A DNA stretch of 32,000 nt from Copranaerobaculum intestinale (GCF_009831105.1 NZ_WUUQ01000002.1:420001-452000), one strand, 5' to 3'; numbered from the stretch's first letter, positions 1-9,627 are shown. A program made the numbers and translations. Notes: generated from the sequence alone by a model not told the origin.

Positions 1-20
1 ATAATCCGGAGGATAACAAA

Positions 21-674
21 ATGAAACAGACTGATCAAATAACGTATCAAGAGTTAGAAAGCGCATTTCAGCGTCCGGAATTTTCGGTGAATACTTTTAT
101 CCCACTGGTAATTGCATCGAACGAGGTTCGAAATAAGCTGATCCAAAACCTCATCCAGGAAACACATATCAATGTATATTATCGCAGCTATTATTTGATT
201 GATGCAGTAAGCAGAATCGATCCGCAGCTGTTTTATGAATATTGGGATCAGCTTATTAAACTGAGTACACATAAAAATTCTTATCATCGAAGTATCTATC
301 ACTGGATTTTAGCCAATCTGATATCAGTGGATCATGAGCGAAAATTTGATGCGGTCAAGGATATGTACTTTGCCCAGATTCGCGACCAAAAAATGCTGAC
401 TGGGTTGGAAGCGGTGAAGGATATCATAAGGATCAGTGCGTATCGTCCAGACTTAGAGGAAGAAATCATCCAGCTGTTTCTCAATGAAGCAATGCTTCAG
501 GTGTATACCGATAAACAGATTGACCGTTTTCATTATTTTTTTCTAACCTATTTCGATACTATATTGGATAAGTATAGAGATGAAAGATTATTGGATTTTG
601 TAAGAAACTGCTGTTTTGCTAAAAACGCAAATACTGCCAAGAAGGCAAAACAGATCATGAAAAAACAAATATAA
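21..674 (+). CDS. hypothetical protein, all-helical HEAT/ARM-like repeat; function unassigned
   Basis: 217-aa ORF. GGAGGA at 8-13 lies 7 nt before the ATG. No catalytic motif recognised. Confidence 0.55.
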   Translation: MKQTDQITYQELESAFQRPEFSVNTFIPLVIASNEVRNKLIQNLIQETHINVYYRSYYLIDAVSRIDPQLFYEYWDQLIKLSTHKNSYHRSIYHWILANLISVDHERKFDAVKDMYFAQIRDQKMLTGLEAVKDIIRISAYRPDLEEEIIQLFLNEAMLQVYTDKQIDRFHYFFLTYFDTILDKYRDERLLDFVRNCCFAKNANTAKKAKQIMKKQI

Positions 675-735
675 AAAAATAAAATAAATAGATATATGTC
701 GTGGAACATACCAAAAGAAGGAAAGAAGGTGTACC

Positions 736-1104
736 ATGGAGAATAATATTAAAAAAGAGCAGATGACAGCATGTGCGTATATTGAGGCAATCATTGAAAG
801 CTGTCAACGTATGCAGGATAAATTTCAACCTGGAACATCACAGCATACACTGTTGGTGAATCGTATCCGGGCATTATCGTTGGCTGAGAAGCTAATGAGG
901 ACGGAGTCCATAGCATGTACGCAGGAAGCGCTGATTCAGGCCCTTGTTCCAATCCGTTCCATTATTCATAAAAGTGAAAAAGCATTAATGCATGGAAAAG
1001 CGGGCAGTGCCTCGGCACAACGACTGCATCGGATCGTCCATACAATGCAATTATCAGAAATGCTGATTAAAAAGAAGCTTCGGGAATTTGATCCAGCCAT
1101 GTAA
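736..1104 (+). CDS. hypothetical small helical protein
   Basis: 122-aa ORF with a purine-rich RBS (GAAGGAAAGAAGG) upstream of the ATG. It is co-oriented with the preceding gene. No known domain recognised. Confidence 0.5.
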   Translation: MENNIKKEQMTACAYIEAIIESCQRMQDKFQPGTSQHTLLVNRIRALSLAEKLMRTESIACTQEALIQALVPIRSIIHKSEKALMHGKAGSASAQRLHRIVHTMQLSEMLIKKKLREFDPAM

Positions 1105-1322
1105 TAAAATATGTCGGCAACAGCTGGATCGCACGAGCCTTGATACATATAACATCAATAAAGTATTTTTTTCAATGACGAGATAATTCTATCGCTTTAT
1201 CATAATAATCGTTTTATTTAAGGGGAAGCTATTCATTCATATGAATTCTGTGCTATGATAATAAAAAGATATATCATTATTATAATTTTCAGCACCAACG
1301 GGCTGGCTGGAGGAGCAATCAT

Positions 1323-4148
1323 ATGGACAGCGTAAAAGATCGTTTTAAGAATATCAATGAAGGAATTTATGTAGTCGATAAAAATTTTGAAATGGTATAT
1401 ATGGATGAGAACTTAGCATCAGTTTATCAAGATGCTGATCCGAGTCCGTTTTGCTATAAGGTTTTAAGAAATCGCAGCACCCCTTGTCCGAATTGTCCGC
1501 TGGGGCGTTTTAAGCAAAAGAAGAGTACGGTATTGAATGAGATCATATATAATGATTTGCTGGATTGCTGGATGTATTGTACGATGATGCGTATGAATTG
1601 GCCGGCTAAGGGAGAATGTACTGTTGTCACGACGGAGCGAATCATAGACGGTGATCATAATTTATTCATGAATTTTAATCATACGATCAAGTATGAGGAA
1701 TTGATTGAAATAAATCTCAGCGATCATACATATAAACTGCTTTTTGATCAGACAAAGCATTTTCCAGCTAAGCAATGCGGTGATTTTCATGAGCTTTTAA
1801 CTGAAACCAGCTTGCGTTTTTTGCATTATGAAGACCGGAAGAATTTCCACGAATTTTTTGACCCGCTGACATTACGGCAACGAGTTGAAAAGCTTGGTCA
1901 TATCGTTGATGATTTTCGTATCCTGCAGGATGGAGAATATCATTGGATCTCTTTTTATGTGAATTCGGTAAAGAAGGGGCGCAAGGATGAATGCTATTTG
2001 TGTTTTACGGTGAATGCCGATCGAAAATATGGAACAGTGCAGAAACAGTATGAGGAATCGCTTTTGCAGCAGCGAGATGTGTTGACCGGTCTTCAATCGG
2101 CAGCCGCGTTTCAAAAGAATGTGGAAAATCGCTTAAAGGATTCGCAGGAAGCATATGGCTTGGTTATGATCGATATTGAGCATTTTAAACTGTTCAATGA
2201 TTGGTATGGTACAAAGCAGGGTGATAAGCTGCTTGTGTATATCGGGGAAAAGGTTGAAGAGAAATGCCGTGCGTATCATGGTATAGCAAGTCGCTATGGC
2301 GGTGATGAGTTTGTGATGCTGCTGCCGCGCTGCGCATGTGAGGAAGCAGAAATTGAAAAAGAAATCATTGATTGGATGCAGAACTATCAAAAGGATATCA
2401 AATTTATGCCGACGGCAGGCATCTATTTAATTGATGAAGATATTTCGGCTACATTGATGTGTGATCGTGCTGCTATGGCTTTGCATAGTGTCAAGGGCAA
2501 TTACTCAAAGCGGGCTGCTTTATATCGCCCTTCCATGAAACAGAAGCTTGAAAATGAACAGGAAGTACTGTCAGGGGTGAAATCCGGACTCAGTGGTTCG
2601 GAATTTGAAGTATATTATCAGCCCCAGTGCAGTGCCCGTACCCACCGAATAATCGGTGCAGAGGCGCTGGTCCGCTGGAATCATCCGCGGAAAGGGATGG
2701 TGGCTCCGAATGAATTCATTCCGCTTTTGGAAGCAAGCGGTTTCGTTTCGAAACTGGATTATTATGTCTGGGAATCCGTGTGCAGCTTTCTGCAGCGGCG
2801 TAAAAAGGCAGGGAAGCAAATTGTACCGGTATCGGTGAATGTATCTCGAATTGATATTTATCAGTATCCAATAGCTGATGTATTTGCTTCGCTTTGCCGT
2901 AAATATGATCTTGAACCGGCTTTTTTGGAAATTGAAATCACTGAAAGTGCTTATACCGAGAACTTTGATCAGCTGATTCAGACAGTTTCTCAGCTGCGGG
3001 CGAATGGATTTACTGTTTTGATGGACGATTTTGGCAGCGGCTACTCCTCTTTGAATATGCTGAAGGATATCGAAGTTGATGTACTGAAGCTGGATATGAA
3101 ATTTCTTGATTTGAACGAAAATAGTTTGCTGAAGGGCTCCAGTATATTGGAGTCGATGATTCAAATGGGAAAATGGCTGGGACTGCGATTGATTGCTGAA
3201 GGTGTGGAAACGGCCGAGCAGCTTGATAAGCTTTTGAATCTGGATTGTGAATATATGCAGGGGTATTATTTTTATCGTCCGATGCCCCAGTCAGACTTTG
3301 AATCTCTGCTGAATCAGGAGAACCTAATCGATGTGCGCGGAATTCGCGCCAAACGGCTTCCAACCATCAATTTGGAGGATCTTTTTCACAAGGATATCAC
3401 CAGTGAAGCGATGCTGAATAATATTTTGGGCGGAATCGCTCTCTATGAGCTAAAGGGTGAAGATCAATTTACAATCAAAATGGTTAATGATAAATATTAT
3501 CGGATGACCGGATGTAATGCCGTGGATTTGATGGAGCGAAGTGAACATATCATCAATCAGGTTCACAAGGACGATCTTGCAATCTTTAAAAAGATTTTTG
3601 CGGATGCGGAAACATCCAGCATTCGGGGAGCTGAAGGTATATTCCGCCGCTATCGTCTGAACGGTGAGATTATGTGGATGAAGCTGCATGCCTTTTTTCT
3701 AAGGAAACAGGGTGATACTAAAATATTTTATGGTTCTGTTACAGATTGCAGTGAAAAAATGCGGCTGGAAAAAGAATTTCAGATGGTACTGGATGCGATC
3801 CCCGGAAATATTGTCGAATATCGGGTTAAGGATGGAAAAACAATCAGCCGGGTCATTTGTTCTGGTTTGTCTAATCGCTTCGGTTATTCCAAAGCAGAAT
3901 TTGAGGAGCTGCTGGTGAATCACTGCGGTTTTGTATATGTTCATGAGGATGATGTGGATTCAGTGAAACAAGCGATTGGCAATCCTGCCCAATGGGGTGA
4001 TTATGTCAGCTGTATGTATCGAGGCATCACCAAGGACGGGAATTATATATGGTTGGAACAGCGAATAACATTGGTCGGCAGGGAAGAGGGAGAATCGGTT
4101 TATAATTCTCTGTGCACGGAAATTACCAGAGAGGTACATAGTTTATAA
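1323..4148 (+). CDS. c-di-GMP signalling protein: Cys-rich PAS-like N-terminus, GGDEF diguanylate cyclase, EAL phosphodiesterase, two C-terminal PAS-like domains
   Basis: The GGDEF motif RYGGDEF is intact. EAL signature residues are present: AEALVRW, EIEITES, DDFGSGYSSL, KLDMKF, EGVET, QGYYF. The RBS GGAGGAG lies upstream of the ATG. Confidence 0.9.
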   Translation: MDSVKDRFKNINEGIYVVDKNFEMVYMDENLASVYQDADPSPFCYKVLRNRSTPCPNCPLGRFKQKKSTVLNEIIYNDLLDCWMYCTMMRMNWPAKGECTVVTTERIIDGDHNLFMNFNHTIKYEELIEINLSDHTYKLLFDQTKHFPAKQCGDFHELLTETSLRFLHYEDRKNFHEFFDPLTLRQRVEKLGHIVDDFRILQDGEYHWISFYVNSVKKGRKDECYLCFTVNADRKYGTVQKQYEESLLQQRDVLTGLQSAAAFQKNVENRLKDSQEAYGLVMIDIEHFKLFNDWYGTKQGDKLLVYIGEKVEEKCRAYHGIASRYGGDEFVMLLPRCACEEAEIEKEIIDWMQNYQKDIKFMPTAGIYLIDEDISATLMCDRAAMALHSVKGNYSKRAALYRPSMKQKLENEQEVLSGVKSGLSGSEFEVYYQPQCSARTHRIIGAEALVRWNHPRKGMVAPNEFIPLLEASGFVSKLDYYVWESVCSFLQRRKKAGKQIVPVSVNVSRIDIYQYPIADVFASLCRKYDLEPAFLEIEITESAYTENFDQLIQTVSQLRANGFTVLMDDFGSGYSSLNMLKDIEVDVLKLDMKFLDLNENSLLKGSSILESMIQMGKWLGLRLIAEGVETAEQLDKLLNLDCEYMQGYYFYRPMPQSDFESLLNQENLIDVRGIRAKRLPTINLEDLFHKDITSEAMLNNILGGIALYELKGEDQFTIKMVNDKYYRMTGCNAVDLMERSEHIINQVHKDDLAIFKKIFADAETSSIRGAEGIFRRYRLNGEIMWMKLHAFFLRKQGDTKIFYGSVTDCSEKMRLEKEFQMVLDAIPGNIVEYRVKDGKTISRVICSGLSNRFGYSKAEFEELLVNHCGFVYVHEDDVDSVKQAIGNPAQWGDYVSCMYRGITKDGNYIWLEQRITLVGREEGESVYNSLCTEITREVHSL

Positions 4149-4178
4149 GTGCACATAGAATGCTTTAATTACAAAGTA

Positions 4179-4209
4179 CATGCAGATGCAAACGTCTGCA
4201 TGTTTTTTT
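4179..4209 (+). terminator. rho-independent terminator of the GGDEF-EAL gene
   Basis: The stem CATGCAGA / TCTGCATG has an 8-nt loop and is followed by T7. Confidence 0.75.
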
Positions 4210-4291
4210 ATTATGGAAATGAAGAATTGATGGATGTTTTCACATAGGAGCGAATGGATTGGCGCATACTGAGAAGGAAAGGAGGGTGTTT

Positions 4292-5539
4292 ATGAAAATC
4301 GGATATGCCTGTATTTGTCTCGGTGAGCCTTCAGTTAACATGCGTACTTGTATTATGAAATTCGCATCTGAACAACGGCTGTGCGATATCATAGAACATA
4401 ATCTCCGTTCGCTTAAAAATATTCTTATTTATAATGAACAGCATCATATACAGATGTTTCGCATCACTTCAGATTTGATTCCATTCGGTTCAAGTCCGAT
4501 TAATCAGGTAAATTGGCAAGGGCGTTATCGGGATCAGCTTCAAAAGCTCGGCTGTTATATAAAAGCGCATGGACTGCGGGTATCAATGCATCCAGGTCAA
4601 TATACCGTGCTGAACTCACCGCGAAGCGATGTAGTCGATCGCTCAGTCTTGGATTTACAGTATCACTGCGATGTGCTGGATGCGATGAAATTAGACAGCA
4701 CGCATAAGATCATTATTCATATCGGCGGTGTATACGGTGATAAGGATAGTGCCATTCAACGTTTCTTGACGGTATATCAAAAGCTATCAAAATCAATAAA
4801 AAATCGTTTGGTCATTGAAAACGACGATCATTATTATAATGTAGAGGATGTTTGGCAGATTTCTTTACAAACTGGAATACCGGTAGTATTTGATAATCTG
4901 CACCATCAAATACTGCCATCTCCCACAGCTTTGTCTATTGATGCTTGGATGAATCGGATAGCGGCTACCTGGCAGAAAAAAGATGGAAAACAAAAAATTC
5001 ATTATAGTGAACAGGCCATCGGTAAGCGAGTAGGAGCTCATGCCGATTCTATCCATGTTCAGACATTTCAAAATTTTCTGGTTCTGCTTGAAAATCACGA
5101 TGTAGACATAATGCTGGAGGTAAAGGATAAGAATTTGTCCGCATGCAAGGCTGTACAGGTTCTGTATGGGAATGAGCAATCGAAACAGGAATTATGGAAA
5201 CGCTATCAGCTTTGTGTACTGGCTCATTCTCCGTATGATTATCAAAATATTATCAGACATCTTCATCAGGATTCCAACAGTCTGTTTCTTCAAAGAATCG
5301 AGCAGGCGTTTACCCATCCGCCCACAGCAGCTGCTATGACGATCACTTTCCGTCTGTTAACCCATATACTAAACGCTCACTTGGATGAGAAAGAGTTAAA
5401 ACAGGTACAAAAAGCACTTGATAAATATTTTATGCATGTTTATTCGGCAGAACGTGTTTTGAAGCTGTTTTATCGATTGGCAAACGTGCATGATTGCTCG
5501 ATTATCACTTCCAGCTATCTCTTTTTACATCTGGGATAA
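4292..5539 (+). CDS. uvsE: UV DNA damage endonuclease UvsE/UvdE
   Basis: Motifs are collinear with Bacillus UvsE: HPGQYTVLNSP, IHIGGVYGDKD, IENDD, VFDNLHH, AHAD, MLEVKDKN. I chose the ATG at 4292 (MKIGYAC) because GGAAAGGAGGG lies 5-7 nt upstream. The track start at 4259 is a TTG without an RBS. Confidence 0.88.
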   Translation: MKIGYACICLGEPSVNMRTCIMKFASEQRLCDIIEHNLRSLKNILIYNEQHHIQMFRITSDLIPFGSSPINQVNWQGRYRDQLQKLGCYIKAHGLRVSMHPGQYTVLNSPRSDVVDRSVLDLQYHCDVLDAMKLDSTHKIIIHIGGVYGDKDSAIQRFLTVYQKLSKSIKNRLVIENDDHYYNVEDVWQISLQTGIPVVFDNLHHQILPSPTALSIDAWMNRIAATWQKKDGKQKIHYSEQAIGKRVGAHADSIHVQTFQNFLVLLENHDVDIMLEVKDKNLSACKAVQVLYGNEQSKQELWKRYQLCVLAHSPYDYQNIIRHLHQDSNSLFLQRIEQAFTHPPTAAAMTITFRLLTHILNAHLDEKELKQVQKALDKYFMHVYSAERVLKLFYRLANVHDCSIITSSYLFLHLG

Positions 5540-5629
5540 ACAAAGACCCACACTTTTGAAAACAAACGCAAGGATGTATAAATCTGTGAGATCGGTGAAT
5601 ACTAAGGCTATCAGGAGGTAACTGAAACG

Positions 5630-6118
5630 ATGAAGAAAAAATGGATGACAACCATGTTCGCCTGTTTATGTGCGCTCACCATGCTCAGCGGCTGCAGCTG
5701 GATGAACAAAGAAAAAGACAATGCTGAAGATGCAGCTAAGGATGTTGCGAAAAACACAGAAAAAGCCGGCGAGAAAACAAAAAACGGTTTGGATGATGTT
5801 ATGAAATATTTGAAGGGTGAAGGCGTGGAAACAACCGATGTACAGAACCTGGACAATATGGATTTCGCAGCGCATGAAGGACGTTCCTTCATGTATAATG
5901 GGGCAAATGCCTATATGTATAACATCAATGCAGAAGATGAACAGATGAAGGCACTGCTGAAAGATGCAAAAGAAAAGAAAACCGTAAAGGTAAAACAGAA
6001 CGGCGAAGAAAAAGAGTACAGCGCAATGGTAAATGGTAATTATCTGCTGGTCTATGACAAAGATGCCGATATGGGCAATATGCTGAAGGTATTCCCCAAT
6101 TACAAATTAAGCAAATAA
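5630..6118 (+). CDS. putative lipoprotein, Lys/Glu-rich, unknown function
   Basis: A signal peptide ends in the lipobox L-S-G-C (MLSGCSW). The RBS AGGAGG lies upstream. Confidence 0.75.
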   Translation: MKKKWMTTMFACLCALTMLSGCSWMNKEKDNAEDAAKDVAKNTEKAGEKTKNGLDDVMKYLKGEGVETTDVQNLDNMDFAAHEGRSFMYNGANAYMYNINAEDEQMKALLKDAKEKKTVKVKQNGEEKEYSAMVNGNYLLVYDKDADMGNMLKVFPNYKLSK

Positions 6119-6152
6119 AAAATTGGCTGTGTGTGAGCAGCCAATTTTTTTT
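6117..6152. terminator. bidirectional rho-independent terminator between convergent genes
   Basis: The sequence is AAAAAATTGGCTG-loop-CAGCCAATTTTTTTT, with an A-run on one side and a T-run on the other. Confidence 0.8.
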
Positions 6153-6180
6153 ATTTTTAATCGAAGAATATTGCTATGAA

Positions 6181-7014
6181 TCAGCGAATAAACGGTTCAA
6201 ATGCTTTCATGTTGCGCATATCATGAGATTTTGGATCATCAAAATAGCCAAAATCAGTAATTTCCTGTCCTAAATATCCTTTGTAATGATGACGCTCAAG
6301 CGCTTGCAGATAACTTTCCAGATCTGCGTTACCATCTCCCCAGATCAAATGGCCTTCCGGTTTGTTATCGATGAAATGGGTATGAATGATGTTGTCTCCA
6401 AATACATCAAACCACTGATCGATCGTTTCATTGGCAACACTCATTGCTGTTGTGTCAATCAGTATTTTCAAACGTGGATGATTGACTTCGTCAAACATAC
6501 GCTTGGCATCCTTCAAGGTAACGACCAGTTGAGATTCTGCCGGACGAAGACTTTCCATTGCCAGATGAATATCTGCTTTTTCAGCTTCTATCGCAAGCTT
6601 TGTCAGCATTTCACGAGAACGTGCCCAGGCAGTTTCTCTTTCTTCGTTCCAATAGCCCCAGCCGGAATTGATCTGCATGATTTTGCAGCCTAACATTTTG
6701 GTTACTTGAATGGCGTTCTTAAAGTATTGAAAACTCTTTTCAAACAACAGCGGGGTTTGCGCGGCTACCTGATACTGATAGGTGCAATTTTCCGGGGTGA
6801 ATACCCGAACGCTCAAGCCGCGGTCTTCGATTTTTTTACGTACCGCACTTACATCTTCATATCCATCCGGTGATAGATAGAAATGAGGCGCTCCTGACCA
6901 GAGCTCAATCGATTTAAAGCCTGCTTCTTTCTGTGCATCCAAAAAATAATCCAGAGAGTAAAACAGATAATGAATATTCATCCCGGCGATTTGATCACGA
7001 TCGATATATTTCAT
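6181..7014 (-). CDS. sugar phosphate isomerase/epimerase (xylose-isomerase-like TIM barrel) family protein
   Basis: The 277-aa product has a family-typical layout: IELW...PHF, ...MESL..., HFID...G.G. The second ATG (7014) has correct spacing from AAAGGAGGA. The first ATG (7020) abuts the SD. Confidence 0.75.
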   Translation of the reverse strand: MKYIDRDQIAGMNIHYLFYSLDYFLDAQKEAGFKSIELWSGAPHFYLSPDGYEDVSAVRKKIEDRGLSVRVFTPENCTYQYQVAAQTPLLFEKSFQYFKNAIQVTKMLGCKIMQINSGWGYWNEERETAWARSREMLTKLAIEAEKADIHLAMESLRPAESQLVVTLKDAKRMFDEVNHPRLKILIDTTAMSVANETIDQWFDVFGDNIIHTHFIDNKPEGHLIWGDGNADLESYLQALERHHYKGYLGQEITDFGYFDDPKSHDMRNMKAFEPFIR

Positions 7015-7121
7015 ATGCATTCCTCCTTTAAGATGTATTATATCGTTATATACATAGTATCATTGAATGAAAATGATTGCAAGAATAGACTTGGCATATT
7101 TTTTGAAAGTGTATCTTTTCA

Positions 7122-7144
7122 ATGTTACATAAATGATGTAACAT
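7122..7144. promoter_or_regulatory. perfect 9-bp inverted repeat ATGTTACAT-N5-ATGTAACAT; candidate operator
   Basis: Read directly from the sequence. It lies 37 nt upstream of the ankyrin-WYL operon ATG, in the divergent intergenic region, and overlaps a possible TTGAAA-N17-TACATA promoter. Confidence 0.45.
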
Positions 7145-7181
7145 AAGAGAGTAAGATAGGGTCATCGAAAGGGATGATACT

Positions 7182-7535
7182 ATGTTAAAAGATACAACAC
7201 TGGCAAGCCGTCTGCTGAGTGCGGTTTGGGATGAAAATGTCAAGAAGGCACAAGAGACCATTCAGATGGGAGCGGATCCGAATTGGATATTCAATGGCTA
7301 TCCGATCCTGATTCATGCGGTATTTACCCGCAATGAGGAAATGGTAATGATGCTGATTGATGAGGGGGCTAAGCAGCAGCAGGAAGCGTTGGGCTTTGCC
7401 CTGGATCGGGGAATCGGAGAATTGGTGATGCCGCTCATGATGCTGGGAACCGTTCCCAAACCACCGGTAGTAAAAGTTGATTTTGGGCCGTATCCGTCTC
7501 GTTATGCGCCATTAGGTTATCAGCCGCGCCGCTGA
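7182..7535 (+). CDS. ankyrin-repeat protein (small, about 2 repeats)
   Basis: The ANK consensus is visible: GADPNW..NGYPILIHAVFTRNEEMVMMLIDEGA. The RBS AAAGGGA lies 7 nt upstream. Confidence 0.6.
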   Translation: MLKDTTLASRLLSAVWDENVKKAQETIQMGADPNWIFNGYPILIHAVFTRNEEMVMMLIDEGAKQQQEALGFALDRGIGELVMPLMMLGTVPKPPVVKVDFGPYPSRYAPLGYQPRR

Positions 7536-7548
7536 AAGAAGGAAGAGT

Positions 7549-8490
7549 ATGAATCGTACTGCATTATGTATTCAAATGTTAAATTTATTAAAGAGCAGGG
7601 GATTGATGACCCGCGAGGAATTGGCAGGGGAAATGCAGACGAATGTTCGAAATATTTCAGAATTTCGCAAAGAATTGGAAATCGCCGGTTATGCGATCGA
7701 AACGGTCAGTGGGAAATACGGCGGTTATCGCTTGGCAGAAGATACGCTGTTACAGGTACCGGCGCTGAAAGACAGTGAGAAGCGGAGCTTGCAGGAAGCA
7801 GGCCGCTACTTGCAATCACATCCGGATTTTCGCTATCAATGCGATTTTCAAAGCGCTTTAGATAAAATCAATGCAGGACTTCGTGATCAGCATCATATTT
7901 CGGATGTCTATATCAAAAATCGCGGTGCATTGAACGATCATTTACAAAAGCTGCTCGATATTTGTGAAACTGGCATTCAGCAGCAGCGTGAAGTGCTTCT
8001 TACTTATCGTTCGATGCGTGCCGACCGATTTGCAGATGTACGCATTCATCCTTATGAAATACTGAATTATCAGCAGGCCTATTACTGTCTTGGTTATTCT
8101 TTGAAAGCAAAAGATTATCGTATTTATAAGTTCAGTGAAGAGCGTATGAAGAACGCTTTGATCAGCGAGCATACATTTGTTCGGGAAAAGGATTTCAAAT
8201 TGTCGGATCATATCGGCGAAAGCGGATTGATCAAGGATCGAATCCATGAGCTGGATCTCACCATATCCGCAGAGGAAGCATTGCTGATCGCCGAGCAGCC
8301 TCCGGGAATCCACTGTGAAATGGAGTGGCTGGAAAATAAAAAGCTTCATTTGCATATGTTCATGGAAGGGGATGTTGCGGTACGGATGTTTCTGCTGTCG
8401 CTGGGCAGTCATGTCATTATTCACTCACCGAAACGATGGCAAACAGAGATTCAAAATATTGCAAAAACGATGGCGGGTAAGGATTTTTAA
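7549..8490 (+). CDS. WYL-domain transcriptional regulator (N-terminal wHTH, central WYL, C-terminal WCX-like)
   Basis: The N-terminal HTH is LLKSRGLMTREELAGEMQTNVRNISEFRKEL. The WYL-type core is VRIHPYEILNYQQAYYCLGYSLKAKDYRIYKFSE. Only 13 nt separate it from the ankyrin gene. Confidence 0.8.
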   Translation: MNRTALCIQMLNLLKSRGLMTREELAGEMQTNVRNISEFRKELEIAGYAIETVSGKYGGYRLAEDTLLQVPALKDSEKRSLQEAGRYLQSHPDFRYQCDFQSALDKINAGLRDQHHISDVYIKNRGALNDHLQKLLDICETGIQQQREVLLTYRSMRADRFADVRIHPYEILNYQQAYYCLGYSLKAKDYRIYKFSEERMKNALISEHTFVREKDFKLSDHIGESGLIKDRIHELDLTISAEEALLIAEQPPGIHCEMEWLENKKLHLHMFMEGDVAVRMFLLSLGSHVIIHSPKRWQTEIQNIAKTMAGKDF

Positions 8491-8507
8491 TTCCATGTAA
8501 TTTACCC

Positions 8508-8535
8508 TTGCAACCATTTTAAATTCTAGTATAAT
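8508..8535 (+). promoter_or_regulatory. sigma-A-like promoter for the YitT gene (TTGCAA-N16-TATAAT)
   Basis: The -35 TTGCAA is at 8508-8513 and the -10 TATAAT is at 8530-8535, 35 nt upstream of the ATG. Confidence 0.5.
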
Positions 8536-8570
8536 GATAGAAGCATATAGTAACATGAAGAGGGTATTTT

Positions 8571-9461
8571 ATGCTTGATATGAATGATCTTTACCAAAAA
8601 CACAGCAACGGCATCTGGAAGAATTTCGTAACCCTGGCATGCGTTGTGATTGCAGCGTTCATCTCTGCTTTAAATATTAATACATTCGTCAATGCCGGCG
8701 GTCTGTATCCAGGCGGCTTTAATGGTTTGACGATTCTTACCCAACGAATCAGTGAGAGCTTTTTCAATGTCAGTATTCCATTCACCGTTGTCAATCTGAC
8801 GCTGAATGCCGTTCCGGCTTTGATTGGATTCAAACTGGTTGGGAAGAAGTTTACTCTGTATTCTTGCTTGATGATATTTTTGACCGGTATTTTCGTTGAT
8901 GCACTGCCAACGATGAGCATTACCTATGATATCCTGCTGATCGCGGTTTTCGGCGGTATGATCAACGGTGCAGCACTGGGTACAGCGCTGCGGGGAAATG
9001 CCTCCAGCGGCGGTACCGATTTCATCGCCATGGCAATATCTAAAAGATTAAATGCACCCTCATGGAACTATATTCTGGGTATGAATGCATGTATGCTGCT
9101 GGCAGCCGGTATTTTGTTCGGTTGGGACAAAGCGCTGTATTCTATTATCTTCCAGTTTTGTTCTACGCAGGTTCTGAATGCGGTTCATCTTCGGTATAAG
9201 CAAATGACGTTGTTTATCGTAACCGATATGCCGGTGGAAGTAAGTCGTGAGCTGTTGGTATTCACGCATCATGGCATCACTCGCTTTGAAGGCGTTGGCG
9301 CATACAGTAATCAGCCGCATACACTTCTGTATACGGTCATCACATCGAGCGAATTGAAGCGGGTCATACGCAGGATTCATGAAATTGATCCGAAAGCATT
9401 TGTGAATGTTACCAAAACAGTACAGGTAGATGGAAGATTCTATCAGGCACCAATAGATTAA
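8571..9461 (+). CDS. YitT family membrane protein (DUF161 repeats + C-terminal DUF2179)
   Basis: A multi-TM N-terminal part is followed by a soluble C-terminal domain (TVITSSELKRVIRRIHEIDPKAFVNV), as is typical of the YitT family. Confidence 0.8.
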   Translation: MLDMNDLYQKHSNGIWKNFVTLACVVIAAFISALNINTFVNAGGLYPGGFNGLTILTQRISESFFNVSIPFTVVNLTLNAVPALIGFKLVGKKFTLYSCLMIFLTGIFVDALPTMSITYDILLIAVFGGMINGAALGTALRGNASSGGTDFIAMAISKRLNAPSWNYILGMNACMLLAAGILFGWDKALYSIIFQFCSTQVLNAVHLRYKQMTLFIVTDMPVEVSRELLVFTHHGITRFEGVGAYSNQPHTLLYTVITSSELKRVIRRIHEIDPKAFVNVTKTVQVDGRFYQAPID

Positions 9462-9471
9462 TGGAAACCAG

Positions 9472-9496
9472 GACGATCTGACTGATCGTCTTTTTT
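9472..9496 (+). terminator. rho-independent terminator
   Basis: The stem GACGATC / GATCGTC has a 5-nt loop and is followed by T6. Confidence 0.75.
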
Positions 9497-9627
9497 ATAA
9501 AATAATTAATTTTCAGCATCTGACAAAAGGCTGTATACTTTTTCATTTTTTCTCTGCTATAATAAATGGTAGTTTTATTTAAGATCATTGTCTTATCGGA
9601 CAGTGCTTCGTTTAAGGATGTGTTTTT

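Noticed and set aside
21-674. The first gene could be an AlkD-like DNA alkylation repair glycosylase.
   Set aside because: Only the size and helical-repeat character fit. I could not align the conserved AlkD Trp/Arg-containing repeats, so I left it as hypothetical.
2571-3164. A 197-aa ORF lies on the minus strand inside the GGDEF-EAL gene. Other antisense ORFs occur at 1454-1658, 1872-2390, 3010-3363 and 3450-3944.
   Set aside because: These ORFs lie antisense to a gene with unambiguous domain motifs. They have no Shine-Dalgarno and their composition is odd (Ile/Phe/Gln-rich). They are typical shadow ORFs.
4210-4291. I looked for a LexA (Cheo box CGAAC-N4-GTTCG) operator upstream of uvsE.
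   Set aside because: I found no match to the motif in the 80-bp upstream region.
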